This document shows positions 28,580 through 38,643 of a DNA stretch of 64,000 bases, piece after piece (within the stretch, counting starts at the first letter, position 1; the number at the start of each line of letters is the position of its first letter). A program made the translations under genes and the position numbers. The notes under the pieces were generated by a model that was not told where the DNA came from, made no database searches, and was given only the letters and a program-made list of their open reading frames with translations. The DNA comes from a candidate division WOR-3 bacterium (lineage in GTDB: Bacteria > Hydrothermota > Tepidihabitantia > Tepidihabitantales > Tepidihabitantaceae), in NCBI GenBank assembly GCA_965649295.1, contig CBFGKH010000010.1, positions 1-64,000 of the forward strand, written 5' to 3'.

Positions 28580-31437
28580 AGTTTCTTCGTCAGAGCCCGC
28601 TGCCAGACCGACTCGGCCGCCGTTACTTCCAGTCTTACAATCGTGTCGCCACTACGGCCAGCAACCGATATCAGACCATCGGCCCGCGTCCGCCCGATTG
28701 GCGCATAAGGAATCCGTCCCAGCAATCGTTCAAACGCACTGCGCTGCCTCAATCCTACCTCACACAAAAACCGGCTATTCGATTCCGAAAAGAGCAGGAA
28801 ATCATCGCGACGGAAACGATGCGCACCCGGCACACGGTCCAGCCTGATGCTCGCACCAATACCACCGCCGATCGCCATTTCCGCTAACGCTACGCCCAGC
28901 CCCCCCTCACTAAGGTCGTGACAGGCCCTGACTAGGCCCGCGCGGATGGCCCTGCCCACCCGCGACATCGCCTGCCGAGCAGGGCCAGGATTGACCCGCG
29001 GAACCTCCCGACCTAGCCCTTGATTGATACGAAAGTATTCGCTACCACCCAGCTCATTGAAGGTCTCGCCGACAATGTAGATGATTGAATCGTTGCTCTT
29101 GAAATCGCTCGTTGTCGTCTTGCTTGCGTCTGCAATTACCCCGATTGCCGATATCAAGAGCGTTGGTGGAATCGACATTATCGAACCCGAATCGAGCCGA
29201 AACTCATTATACAACGAATCCTTACCAGAAATGAACGGCGTCCGAAAGTGCCGGGCGATGTCATAGCAGGCCTGCGCCGCTCGAACAAGACCACCAAGCA
29301 GTTCAGGTTGCTCTGGACTGCCCCAGCAGAAGTTGTCAAGCAGGGCTATTCGGTCGATGTCGCCGCCCACCGCTACACAATTGCGCAATGCCTCATCAAT
29401 TGCCGAAGCCGCCATCCAATAGGGGTCAATCAACCCATAACGTGGACAGATACCGCAACTGACTATACTGGCGCGACGTGAGTGTGGCAATGGAGTAATT
29501 ACACAAGCGTCGGTTGGCCCCTTGCTGCCAACGCCACAGAACGGCTTCACGACGCTTTGACCCTGCACCTCGTGGTCGTACTGCCGCACCACCCACTCTT
29601 TGTTGGCAATATTTGGTGCCTGCAGCAACTGAACTAGCGAATCGGTCAGGTCGCGGCGGAAAGGAACTGCTGGATCGGCAGTCTCGGGCCGCTGCCAGCG
29701 CGCCGTCCTGCTCAAAGCTCGCCAGCCAGTAGCAAGGAACTTCATATCAATGTCACCGACAAGGTGCCGGCGGAATCGCAGCCTGAGACGGCCATTCCCG
29801 GTCAAACGGCCAATGACAGTCGCCTCAACATTGTGTTCACGGCACAACTTTAGCAGACGACCAACATTACTCCGCTCAACAAAGGCCACCATCCGCTCCT
29901 GTGCTTCCGAAATCCAAATCTCTGCTGGCGACAGCCCGACGTACTTCAGCGGCACACGATCAAGCCAAACGACACAACCCACGTCTCGCGCCAACTCACC
30001 GATGGCGCTGGAAAGGCCACCGCCGCCACAGTCAGTAATCGCGCTGAACAGCCCCTCGCTACGAGCTGCCAGCACGACATCGAGAACCTTCTTCTCTTCA
30101 ATCGGATTCCCAATCTGGACCGCTCCCCCCGACATCGAGCTGGTATCATTCCCCAACCCCAACGACGCGAAAGTAACGCCGTGAATGCCATCACGTCCGG
30201 TTCTACCGCCAAAGAGGACTATCGCCTGCCCCTTACGCGGACTCTTTCGGAGCAGCGACTTCGGAATTAGGCCGACAGTGCCACAAAAAACCAGGGGGTT
30301 GCCAACAAAGCCCGGATCAAAATAGACCGCACCATTGGCCGTCGGTATGCCCATACGGTTGCCATAGTCACGAACTCCGGCGACAACCCCTTTCATCACC
30401 CGTCGCGGATGGAGAGCCCCCTGCGGCACGTCCTCAGGTCGCATGTCCACTGGGGCGAAACAGAAGACATCGGTGTTCAGAATTGGCTTCGCACCCAAGC
30501 CGGTTCCTAAGCAGTCGCGCACAACCCCACCGATGCCAGTTGCCGCTCCACCATATGGCTCAAGCGCCGAAGGGTGATTATGGGTCTCAACCTTGAAGCT
30601 AAGCCCATAGTCAGCGTCAAACTCAATTACGCCAGAGTTATCCTCAAACACCGATAGGCACCACCGCAGTCCCAGTTCCTTGGTCACCCGAAAGATCGTT
30701 GACTTGAGTAGATTGCGAATGACGCTATCACCGAAACGTATTCGGCCGCGGAACGTCTTATGTTGACAGTGCTCAGACCAGGTTTGGGCAAATGTCTCCA
30801 GCTCAACGTCGGTAGGATCACGGCCGATTCGCCGATAGTAACGTTGCAGAGCAAGCATCTCCTCTCTGCTCAGCGCCAGCATTCCCTTTCGCGAAAGTTC
30901 ATCAAGCGCTGCCGGCGTCAGGGTTCGTATATTGATAATCGTTTGCCGGAAACGGTATTGCCGCGGCTGGACAAAGACCGCTTCGCCTGGCCTAGCAATA
31001 TGCTGGATCACCGGATTAGCAACCAGCATCCGCACGCTTGGCGCAACTTCATTTTCACCAAGAGGCCGCTGCCCATCCTTTGCCCGAAAGCTGTAAAGTT
31101 TGCCAGTACGTACCCGAACAGTGCTGTAGCCCATGACAGCAAGCGCCCGCACAATACTATCGACACTCGGGTCCATTACGCCGGGATTAAAGAGCACCTC
31201 GATGCCCCCGCGCCCAGGCCTACCCTGCAATACGGTGAATCGTTCAGTCACGGGATCACTGAGCAGACTACTCGCAATTCGCAAGACATCACATTCATCC
31301 AGCTGCCCCTCAAGGTAGTAAAGCCGGGTGATGCGGACCGCTACAATTGTTCTAACGTGAAGCTCGCGAATGTCTGCCTCGAGAGCCTTAGCTTCAGGGT
31401 CGACGGTCGTCTTATCTACTGCAACGCACCAGAGCAT
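28576..31437 (-). CDS. purL: FGAM synthase PurL with N-terminal PurS-like regions and no glutaminase domain
   Basis: QTWSEHCQHK, KVETHNHPS, GAATG.GG, SEAQERM, QYDHEV, SGKDS. Confidence 0.95.
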   Translation of the reverse strand: MLWCVAVDKTTVDPEAKALEADIRELHVRTIVAVRITRLYYLEGQLDECDVLRIASSLLSDPVTERFTVLQGRPGRGGIEVLFNPGVMDPSVDSIVRALAVMGYSTVRVRTGKLYSFRAKDGQRPLGENEVAPSVRMLVANPVIQHIARPGEAVFVQPRQYRFRQTIINIRTLTPAALDELSRKGMLALSREEMLALQRYYRRIGRDPTDVELETFAQTWSEHCQHKTFRGRIRFGDSVIRNLLKSTIFRVTKELGLRWCLSVFEDNSGVIEFDADYGLSFKVETHNHPSALEPYGGAATGIGGVVRDCLGTGLGAKPILNTDVFCFAPVDMRPEDVPQGALHPRRVMKGVVAGVRDYGNRMGIPTANGAVYFDPGFVGNPLVFCGTVGLIPKSLLRKSPRKGQAIVLFGGRTGRDGIHGVTFASLGLGNDTSSMSGGAVQIGNPIEEKKVLDVVLAARSEGLFSAITDCGGGGLSSAIGELARDVGCVVWLDRVPLKYVGLSPAEIWISEAQERMVAFVERSNVGRLLKLCREHNVEATVIGRLTGNGRLRLRFRRHLVGDIDMKFLATGWRALSRTARWQRPETADPAVPFRRDLTDSLVQLLQAPNIANKEWVVRQYDHEVQGQSVVKPFCGVGSKGPTDACVITPLPHSRRASIVSCGICPRYGLIDPYWMAASAIDEALRNCVAVGGDIDRIALLDNFCWGSPEQPELLGGLVRAAQACYDIARHFRTPFISGKDSLYNEFRLDSGSIMSIPPTLLISAIGVIADASKTTTSDFKSNDSIIYIVGETFNELGGSEYFRINQGLGREVPRVNPGPARQAMSRVGRAIRAGLVRACHDLSEGGLGVALAEMAIGGGIGASIRLDRVPGAHRFRRDDFLLFSESNSRFLCEVGLRQRSAFERLLGRIPYAPIGRTRADGLISVAGRSGDTIVRLEVTAAESVWQRALTKKL

Positions 31438-31480
31438 TGGCTGTGAACACTATTGGCAAGGCCAGAGCATCCACGCCCTG

Positions 31481-31987
31481 CTACTGATTCAAGAGCTTGA
31501 AGAGCTCTTGTTCATCGAGCGTGTCTGCTTCGAGGTCAGGCCGGTTCAACGACCTAGTGAAAGCAGCGACTGCCTCTTTCGCCCTGTCATAAACAACTTC
31601 GCCCGAATCAAGTAGTCTCCGCTTATCTCGAAGCTCTGCTGTACCGTCGATAACAACACGGAGCTCAGCAAGCTCTCGCAACAACGAATCGGCGCGAGCC
31701 AGAAGTTGGGACTGGTCACTAGCCAAGGCGCCAACCGCTTTCCGGTGGCGAGTGATCCGACGTTCGAGACTGGCAAGCCTTCGACCGAGTCGATAGACAC
31801 GACCAGCAATCGCCGTCTTTTCGTCAATCGGTCGTAGTGAAGCTGGGACTGGCCCCGGTCTGACCTTACTCACATTGCGTAGGACAAGCCAGCCTGCCGG
31901 CAAGAAGAAAGCTATTGCTAGTACCAGAAATAGCAGTGGCCAGTTTGGCCGTCGCTCGTGTCCAGGTTGAGTTTGGCCATCGTCCAC
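31481..31987 (-). CDS. Hypothetical single-TM coiled-coil protein
   Basis: ORF fills the gap upstream of purL; one TM helix followed by a heptad-rich region. Confidence 0.65.
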   Translation of the reverse strand: MDDGQTQPGHERRPNWPLLFLVLAIAFFLPAGWLVLRNVSKVRPGPVPASLRPIDEKTAIAGRVYRLGRRLASLERRITRHRKAVGALASDQSQLLARADSLLRELAELRVVIDGTAELRDKRRLLDSGEVVYDRAKEAVAAFTRSLNRPDLEADTLDEQELFKLLNQ

Positions 31988-32155
31988 AGGGAATTAGACC
32001 TAATCCGCGTCCTGCTGTCAAGAAAACGAGCAATATGACAACGGCTCTGTATCAGCGACACTCAAAGGATTACCGCCGCAGCCGCACTACGCCTACCTAG
32101 TCACCACCCTAGACTGCTGTTTAAGGTGAACCAAGACCACAAACAGTGGGCTGTC

Positions 32156-32776
32156 TCAGTAGCCCCACTGCTCAGTTAGGTAGGTTCTACGACGACACTC
32201 CGGGCAAAGGACACGCATTGTGTCCGATCGGTATGGCGCAAACGTGCCTCGGCGTCCAGTTAGCTCAGTGGTGTTGCCAAGTTCCTGCTGCGCTACCAGC
32301 AATAGTGTTGGGTTCGAATTGACAAGGTCACCAACACGCCGACCGATCCAGAGCAGCTGTTCACGAGTTGCGAATGGCTCGCCACAGACCTCGCAATAGA
32401 CAATGGTTTTCTCAACGGTCGTTTTCCAGTCGGCGCTGCGCTCAGTTCGCGCCGTGTCGAACTCGGTCGAATGTCGGATACCCTCACCGGTCGAGCAGTA
32501 ACGAACACACTGCCCGCAATAGATACAGCGGTCTGCGTGATGGCAGTTGCGCAGTACCATCTTCTCGCTATCAATCACAATCTCTCGTGCATTGGTCGGG
32601 CAGACCTGCACACAGGCTCCACAACCAATGCACTTATCCGGATTGAACTGGAGAATGCCCCGAAAAGCCGGATCGACTGAATCCACCGCTGCTGGGAACT
32701 TAGTTGTGAAAGGCCCGCGTACCACAGCGCTGACCGCCTCAATCAGCTCACGGACTTTGGGCAATGGTATCCGCAT
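32156..32776 (-). CDS. NuoI/HycF/MbhN-like 2[4Fe-4S] subunit
   Basis: FRG..F..DKCIGCGACVQVCP, CIYCGQCVRYC, extra CxxC pair. Confidence 0.9.
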   Translation of the reverse strand: MRIPLPKVRELIEAVSAVVRGPFTTKFPAAVDSVDPAFRGILQFNPDKCIGCGACVQVCPTNAREIVIDSEKMVLRNCHHADRCIYCGQCVRYCSTGEGIRHSTEFDTARTERSADWKTTVEKTIVYCEVCGEPFATREQLLWIGRRVGDLVNSNPTLLLVAQQELGNTTELTGRRGTFAPYRSDTMRVLCPECRRRTYLTEQWGY

Positions 32777-32779
32777 CTG

Positions 32780-33127
32780 CTATTCCTCGATAATACTCGG
32801 TCGCCCGCGGTCAGCGGTAAACTGATCCTTGACTGTATGCTTCCAGAGCTTGACACCAAAGATGAGCGAACCACGTGCCAACGCGTGAGCTGCAATTGGG
32901 ACCGTGATCAATACGAAGCCAGCGCAGAGCAATGCCTTAATGCCCAAAGCCGTGAACCCAGATAGCAAAAATACACCGAGCAGAATACCGCACGTACCCA
33001 AGGTGACACACTTGGTAGCCGCCTGCATCCGATTGTACAAATCTGGGAATCTGACCAGTCCGATACAGCCAAGCAGAGTGAAAGCGACACCAGTGGCGAT
33101 GGCTGCCCAGCCAAGTACGCTAGTCAT
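32780..33127 (-). CDS. mrpG: MrpG/MnhG (MbhC-like) subunit
   Basis: GLVRFPDLYNRMQAATKCVTLG, PIAAHALAR. Confidence 0.93.
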   Translation of the reverse strand: MTSVLGWAAIATGVAFTLLGCIGLVRFPDLYNRMQAATKCVTLGTCGILLGVFLLSGFTALGIKALLCAGFVLITVPIAAHALARGSLIFGVKLWKHTVKDQFTADRGRPSIIEE

Positions 33128-33374
33128 CGAGACTCCTTCCTTCCAAGTACTTGGCCAGCGCCAACGTACCCACAAAGGAGATAACCGCCAGTGCGATTGA
33201 AAGGTCCATCAAATAGGACAGCCGGTAACGCAAGGCCATCAAAGCAGTAATACTCGTGAAGATAACCGACATAATATCCACTGCTATCGCCCGATCTGGT
33301 ATGCTCGGCCCTTTGAGAGCACGGTAAAGGCAGAAGAACGCCCCGCCGACAAGAATCACGACCAGCGTTGTCAT
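33120..33374 (-). CDS. mrpF: MrpF/MnhF (MbhB-like) subunit
   Basis: GPSIPDRAIAVD, FVGTLALAKYL; SD GGAGG. Confidence 0.93.
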   Translation of the reverse strand: MTTLVVILVGGAFFCLYRALKGPSIPDRAIAVDIMSVIFTSITALMALRYRLSYLMDLSIALAVISFVGTLALAKYLEGRSLDD

Positions 33375-33385
33375 ACTCGCCTCCG

Positions 33386-33877
33386 TCAATCGAAAATCCG
33401 TTTGAGGAAGAACTCAAACGGCCCTATTATCCGTTTGGCCGCGGCATCCGGGTCGTCAGTCGTGACTTCGATCCAGTGGATGTACAAGGTGTCCTCTACC
33501 AGTTCGACTGACATAGTACCAGGTGTCAGCGTTATTGAGTTAGCTAAGAAGACACGGGCGATATCAGACTTCAACGATGTTTTTATTCGAACAATCCCTG
33601 GGCGGAGCTCAAGCCCAGGCGCAAGAACCCGAAGAGCGACGTCAACGTTAGCCCTGAGGCACTGCCACACAAAAACTGGAACGTAGACAAGTAACCAGAA
33701 CCATCTAACCGGGTTCAGCAATCTTGCAAGGCCAACTGGGAAAACGTTTCCAAAGAAGATAGCAGCGAGCACCGCCGCACCGAGTCCGAAGACTAACTCC
33801 TGCCAACCAGTACTCCAGACCAGCAACAACCACACTCCAAGACACAGAACTAGGAGTGCGACCCGGCGCGCAATCAC
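33386..33877 (-). CDS. mrpE: MrpE/MnhE (MbhA-like) subunit
   Basis: ANVDVA, PGIV, LANSITLTPGT, LYIHWI. Confidence 0.95.
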   Translation of the reverse strand: MIARRVALLVLCLGVWLLLVWSTGWQELVFGLGAAVLAAIFFGNVFPVGLARLLNPVRWFWLLVYVPVFVWQCLRANVDVALRVLAPGLELRPGIVRIKTSLKSDIARVFLANSITLTPGTMSVELVEDTLYIHWIEVTTDDPDAAAKRIIGPFEFFLKRIFD

Positions 33878-33880
33878 TTG

Positions 33881-35386
33881 CTAACCTCCCAGCACTCCAA
33901 CTGCGTAACGAGAACCATCAATGATGGCTTGGGCAGCTGGCCCGATTAGCCAGTCGAGCAGCGGCTTGAAGCCAACTCCGCCTACTAGCGAAAGCAGGAC
34001 CAAGAACAACATAGCAGCTACCATTAGCACTGGTGATTCCCTGGCCGGTGTTGGCTCGGTTCCGGGCCGACTGAAGAAAGCACGGTCGACGACAGTTACA
34101 AAATAGCCAAGCGTCACGACCGAAAACACTGCTGCAAAGACAGCAAGCCAGTACATTCGCGCATGGATTGCCGCGACGATGATGAACACCTTAGCAAAGA
34201 ATCCAACAAACGGTGGAACACCAGCAAGTGAAAAGGCTGACAATATGAATGACCACGCCGTGAATGGCATTGTTCGCTCAAGGCCACGCAGGCCGCCGAT
34301 ATCGCGGCAACCGGTAGCATCTTGTACCGAACCGGCCGACAGAAACAGCGCACCCTTGCCAAGGGCATGGGCCAGAACCAAAAACAATGCACCAACGACA
34401 CCCCAGTAGTTGCCGATCCCAAGTCCGATAACCACGTAACCAACCTGGCTGATGCTCGAGTACGCCAACAATCGCTTCTGGTCGCGCTGAGCGTATGCCA
34501 AGACACCTCCGACAACAACTGAAACCACGCCCAGCGCAACAAGCAGATCGAAGAACTGCGGTGCGCTTACGCGCGTCAGGCCGAAAACGTTGAACATCAC
34601 TCGGCTCAGCGCATAAACGCCCAGCACTTTAGAAAACACACCGGCTAGCATTGCCGCGACCGGCGTTGGTGCCGACGGATAGACATCAGGCAGCCAGGCA
34701 TGGAACGGAACCAGAGCCATCTTTATCGCAAAGCCGAAAACGAGTGTCGCGGCAATAAGCCAGAACAACGGCGTACGCCCAGCCGCATCAAGAGCCGTAG
34801 CGACCACTGCCATGTTCAATGCTGAGACCCGCGCATAGAGAAGCGCTATTGCTAACAAGATAGCCATCCCGCCGATCTCGCCGAGCACCATGTACTTGAA
34901 AGCAGCCTCCAACCCTTCTGCTTCGGTGCTGAAAGCGACGAGCGCGTAGGATGCAACCGCCGAAATCTCAACAAAGACGAAGAGATTGAACATGTCACCC
35001 GAGACCGCGACACCGTTCAAACCTGTCAGCATCAACATGAGCAGCGTATAGAACTTCCAGCGTCCTGTGTAACGATCAAGATAGCGCACGGCATAGACAG
35101 TCGCGGCCAATCCAACTAGCGTAACTACCAAAACGACTAGTGCAGTGAGGCTGTCGTACACCAAAGTTATACCAAGATGAGAAGGCCACCCACCCATTCG
35201 ATACACAACCGGAGCCTCACGGAGAATGACGTCGGATACACCCAAACCGGCAAGACCGACTAGCACCGCAGCGGCTGCACTGGCGACAACATCTGATCCT
35301 CGCGGCCACAACTTAGAAAGCAGGGGAATCAGAAACGCCACCGCCATCGGCAGCAACACCAAAGTTGGCACATAACGCGGATCCAT
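33881..35386 (-). CDS. mrpD: MrpD-like antiporter subunit (MbhH-like)
   Basis: DMFNLFVFVEI, EAAFKY, KMALVPFHAWLPD, LLAYSSISQVG. Confidence 0.9.
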   Translation of the reverse strand: MDPRYVPTLVLLPMAVAFLIPLLSKLWPRGSDVVASAAAAVLVGLAGLGVSDVILREAPVVYRMGGWPSHLGITLVYDSLTALVVLVVTLVGLAATVYAVRYLDRYTGRWKFYTLLMLMLTGLNGVAVSGDMFNLFVFVEISAVASYALVAFSTEAEGLEAAFKYMVLGEIGGMAILLAIALLYARVSALNMAVVATALDAAGRTPLFWLIAATLVFGFAIKMALVPFHAWLPDVYPSAPTPVAAMLAGVFSKVLGVYALSRVMFNVFGLTRVSAPQFFDLLVALGVVSVVVGGVLAYAQRDQKRLLAYSSISQVGYVVIGLGIGNYWGVVGALFLVLAHALGKGALFLSAGSVQDATGCRDIGGLRGLERTMPFTAWSFILSAFSLAGVPPFVGFFAKVFIIVAAIHARMYWLAVFAAVFSVVTLGYFVTVVDRAFFSRPGTEPTPARESPVLMVAAMLFLVLLSLVGGVGFKPLLDWLIGPAAQAIIDGSRYAVGVLGG

Positions 35387-35389
35387 CAG

Positions 35390-35728
35390 CTAACCCCGCA
35401 ACTTCCTAATCTCAGCGATATCGAATGTTCGATACTTCTCGTAGATGCGCATCGCTATGGCTAGCATCAATGCAGTGGTGGCGAGGCCAATGACAATTGA
35501 TGTTAGTACCAAGGCCTGCGGCAGGGGGTCAACGAAGTTACGAACTGCGCTCGACTGCGTGACGATAGGCGGCAGTGCGTCGCGTTTGAACCCCACAAGA
35601 GCAAAAAGGAGGTTCACAGCATACTCAATCAGTGTGAAACCGATGACAATCTTCAACAAGTTGCGTTTGGCAACAACTGTGTACAGCCCGATGAGAAACA
35701 TGAGCACACAAGCAATTAGTGGTACCAT
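35390..35728 (-). CDS. mrpC: MrpC/MnhC subunit
   Basis: NLLKIVIG, DPLPQALVLTSIVIG. Confidence 0.95.
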   Translation of the reverse strand: MVPLIACVLMFLIGLYTVVAKRNLLKIVIGFTLIEYAVNLLFALVGFKRDALPPIVTQSSAVRNFVDPLPQALVLTSIVIGLATTALMLAIAMRIYEKYRTFDIAEIRKLRG

Positions 35729-35730
35729 GG

Positions 35731-36171
35731 CTAGTCCTTCATGACGAAACGGGACGCTCCCAGTGCCAAGAAGATCGCAAGCAGACCCGCACCAACTTTG
35801 ATTCCGATCGCAATATTAGCTGGCATTATCAAACCACCGGATAGGAGCTGCAACGGCTGTCCGATACCGAATACCGGCTTGTTGGAGAAGAACTCGACGC
35901 CGACCATGGCCCCGGCTACTGCCAGACCTACGAACGCAAGCCCACCAACGCTCTCCAGCGCCGACGAGAAGGTGTAGGAACTCTTCTCGACCTTCTCGAC
36001 CGAACCAAAAGCAAGAGACTCCATTATGAACGCTGCCGCCACAAGCACACCTCCGGCGAATCCACCGCCCGGAGTCAAGTGACCATGCAAAATTATGTAG
36101 CAACCGTAAAGGAAGACGATACCAGCCAGCAGTCTGACGATGACTTGGACAATTGTCGACATCCCCCGCAT
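35731..36171 (-). CDS. mrpB: MrpB/MnhB subunit
   Basis: GHLTPGGGFAGG, IGIKVG. Confidence 0.93.
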   Translation of the reverse strand: MRGMSTIVQVIVRLLAGIVFLYGCYIILHGHLTPGGGFAGGVLVAAAFIMESLAFGSVEKVEKSSYTFSSALESVGGLAFVGLAVAGAMVGVEFFSNKPVFGIGQPLQLLSGGLIMPANIAIGIKVGAGLLAIFLALGASRFVMKD

Positions 36172-36172
36172 A

Positions 36173-36715
36173 CTAACTCCTCTCTCCAAGAATGCCGGCT
36201 CGCCGGACTACGGTTAGCACGCCCACGACCGCGGTGAAAAGGACTGTCGCCTCGCCAAGCGTGTCATAGCCACGGAAGTCTAGGATAATTGCCGCAACAA
36301 CATTCGCCGCGCCTGTCCGCTCGAGTCCAAGAGCAATATACTCTGTAGCAACTCGCAGCAGTGGACTTCCGAAAGCAGGTAACTCAGCGAAGGCCCTCGC
36401 AGCGAGGACAACTAGCAGGATTGCAAAAACGGCATAGGCAGCGGTGGCGCTCACCGACTCCCGACGGACGGAACTAGCCACAGTTGAATCGACGCTAGTC
36501 GAACGCAGAACAACAGCAGCAAAGAAAACAACCGTGAGGATTTCAACAAGGATCTGAACGATCGCCAAATCCGGCGCTTGTAGCAGTATGAACATAATCG
36601 CCACACTAAAACCGACGATCCCGAGCGCCACCGCTGCGGCAAGCAGGTCCCTAATCTCGATAGCAATGACTCCCGCAACCAGCATCACCGCGAGCAGCAC
36701 ATAGAGCTCAATCAT
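36173..36715 (-). CDS. MbhD-MbhE-like fusion (MrpA C-terminal region)
   Basis: APDLAI.Q..VE plus NVVAAIILDFRGYDTLGE. Confidence 0.9.
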   Translation of the reverse strand: MIELYVLLAVMLVAGVIAIEIRDLLAAAVALGIVGFSVAIMFILLQAPDLAIVQILVEILTVVFFAAVVLRSTSVDSTVASSVRRESVSATAAYAVFAILLVVLAARAFAELPAFGSPLLRVATEYIALGLERTGAANVVAAIILDFRGYDTLGEATVLFTAVVGVLTVVRRAGILGERS

Positions 36716-36718
36716 CCG

Positions 36719-38623
36719 CTACCTCGCCGCAAGCACAAGATATACTATCAATGCCCCCAAAAATACCCAACCGACGTACAACGGCAGAATACCAGTATGA
36801 ATCATAGCAAGTGCCCGCCCAGTAGAGCGAACAAGCCTGCCTGAGGCCGACACAATCCAGTTAATGACATCGTGAACTGCCTCACGTAGTACAAGTCCGG
36901 CTCCGCGACTGACCGCCACCACCCATGAATATAGATCAAAAGCGCCAGCTTCACCGAACCGCAGCAGCTCACTGAGCAATGGTAGCTGCTTCACCGAGGT
37001 ATAGAACGCCGTCCCCGTCACACGACTCTCCTCGTTGTCGGCGATTGATTCTCCACCAACGAACGTACGACCAACAATCGGCTTACGCGCTGTCCCCAGC
37101 AGGTAAAGGATCGCACCAACGCCTAAAGCTATCACCAGCAGCACTGTCGCCTGCCGTGGCTCCCACCATCCAGGCAACATCACGCTGAACGGCAGTCCTG
37201 GATAGATAAGTGCTGACAACGCCACTGGAAAAGCGAAAACACCAAACAGCACGCAAGTAGCAGCAAGCAGTACCGGCGGGAGCCACATTGCAAAGCTAAC
37301 TTCATGCGCCCGAGCCAAAGATGCCGGCCGCTGACCGAAAAAGATAGCGTGCAGCAACTTCAGAAACGACGCAAGCGTTAAAACACTGCCCAACATTGCC
37401 GCTACGAGGTAGAACGGGAAAACGCTGTTGCCTTCCCGCGCCAGCTCAATCACCCCCTGATAGACCATCCATTTGGAAACAAAACCATTTAGTGGTGGCA
37501 TACCCGATATTGCCAGCGCCGCGACTAGGAATGAAAGCATCGTTAGAGGCATCTTTACTGCCAGCCCGCCAAGTTGATCAATTTCATCTGTCTTCGCGAC
37601 ACTTTCAACCGAACCAGCAGCAAGAAACAACCCTGTCTTGTATATCGAGTTGTTGAGCATATGAAACAGCCCCCCAGCGATACCCACCGGGACACCGGTA
37701 CCGATCCCCAACACCATGTAGCCGACTTGAGACACAGCATGGAATGAGAGCAAGCGCATTACCCGTTTCTGAACTAAAGCCATCAGCACGGCACCAAGGA
37801 TCGTCACTGAACCAGTAACCATCAGCAGGGTGCGAACAGTCTGGTTGGTTGCAATGTCAAACAAACTAGTCGATATCCGAACAAGAAGGTATATACCAAG
37901 CAGCTTGTCAAGGGATGCTGGAATGAACGCCATCACCGTGGCGGGTGACGATTCTGATGCCTTGGGAATCCAAGAATGGAATGGCATCGAACCTGCCTTG
38001 GCAAGCGCCCCCACCGCAACCAGCAAATAGGCAAGGACTGTTAGCGGTTCAAGTAACGGCCAAGGAGCTATCGGCATTAAGTCAATCCAATCGTGAACAA
38101 TGAGCAATACCACACCCAACAGCATAGCGAAGTCAGATAACCCAATTACCACCAGTGCCTTTGCTGCTGCTTGGCTGGCACCAGCGCGTCCGCTCAGTAG
38201 CAATCCGTAGGTTACGGCAAGCAGAGAACCCCAGAAGAAGAGTAACACCGGCAGATTGGCCGAAGCCAATACTCCATTTGCGCAGGCAAGTGCCAACAAC
38301 ATGAAGAGGAAGTGATTGCTGGCCTTAGGCTCACCACGAAGGTACCGCAAAGAATAGGTAAGTATCAGCACAGCGAAGATAGCAACGAACAACAACACAA
38401 AGCCTGACAAAGCGTCGAGTCGGAACGACAGCGGCAGACCACTGAGCCAACCGATATCGTACACTACGATCGTAGTCCGCGTCTTGATGAAAAGCAGCAC
38501 CGCATAGAACAGCGATGCAACTGTCCCGATGAAGCAGAATTCGTTGCGCAGACGCCGCACAACGAAACCAGCCACCCCAGCAGCGGCCGGAACCAGTAAC
38601 AACATCAATATCGGGTGCGGCAT
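36719..38623 (-). CDS. NuoL/MrpA-like proton-translocating subunit
   Basis: KAGSMPFHSWIP, LLSFHAVSQVGY, ISGMPPLNGFVSKW, long C-terminal helix region. Confidence 0.9.
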   Translation of the reverse strand: MPHPILMLLLVPAAAGVAGFVVRRLRNEFCFIGTVASLFYAVLLFIKTRTTIVVYDIGWLSGLPLSFRLDALSGFVLLFVAIFAVLILTYSLRYLRGEPKASNHFLFMLLALACANGVLASANLPVLLFFWGSLLAVTYGLLLSGRAGASQAAAKALVVIGLSDFAMLLGVVLLIVHDWIDLMPIAPWPLLEPLTVLAYLLVAVGALAKAGSMPFHSWIPKASESSPATVMAFIPASLDKLLGIYLLVRISTSLFDIATNQTVRTLLMVTGSVTILGAVLMALVQKRVMRLLSFHAVSQVGYMVLGIGTGVPVGIAGGLFHMLNNSIYKTGLFLAAGSVESVAKTDEIDQLGGLAVKMPLTMLSFLVAALAISGMPPLNGFVSKWMVYQGVIELAREGNSVFPFYLVAAMLGSVLTLASFLKLLHAIFFGQRPASLARAHEVSFAMWLPPVLLAATCVLFGVFAFPVALSALIYPGLPFSVMLPGWWEPRQATVLLVIALGVGAILYLLGTARKPIVGRTFVGGESIADNEESRVTGTAFYTSVKQLPLLSELLRFGEAGAFDLYSWVVAVSRGAGLVLREAVHDVINWIVSASGRLVRSTGRALAMIHTGILPLYVGWVFLGALIVYLVLAAR

Positions 38624-38643
38624 AGACTATGACTCGCTTTCGT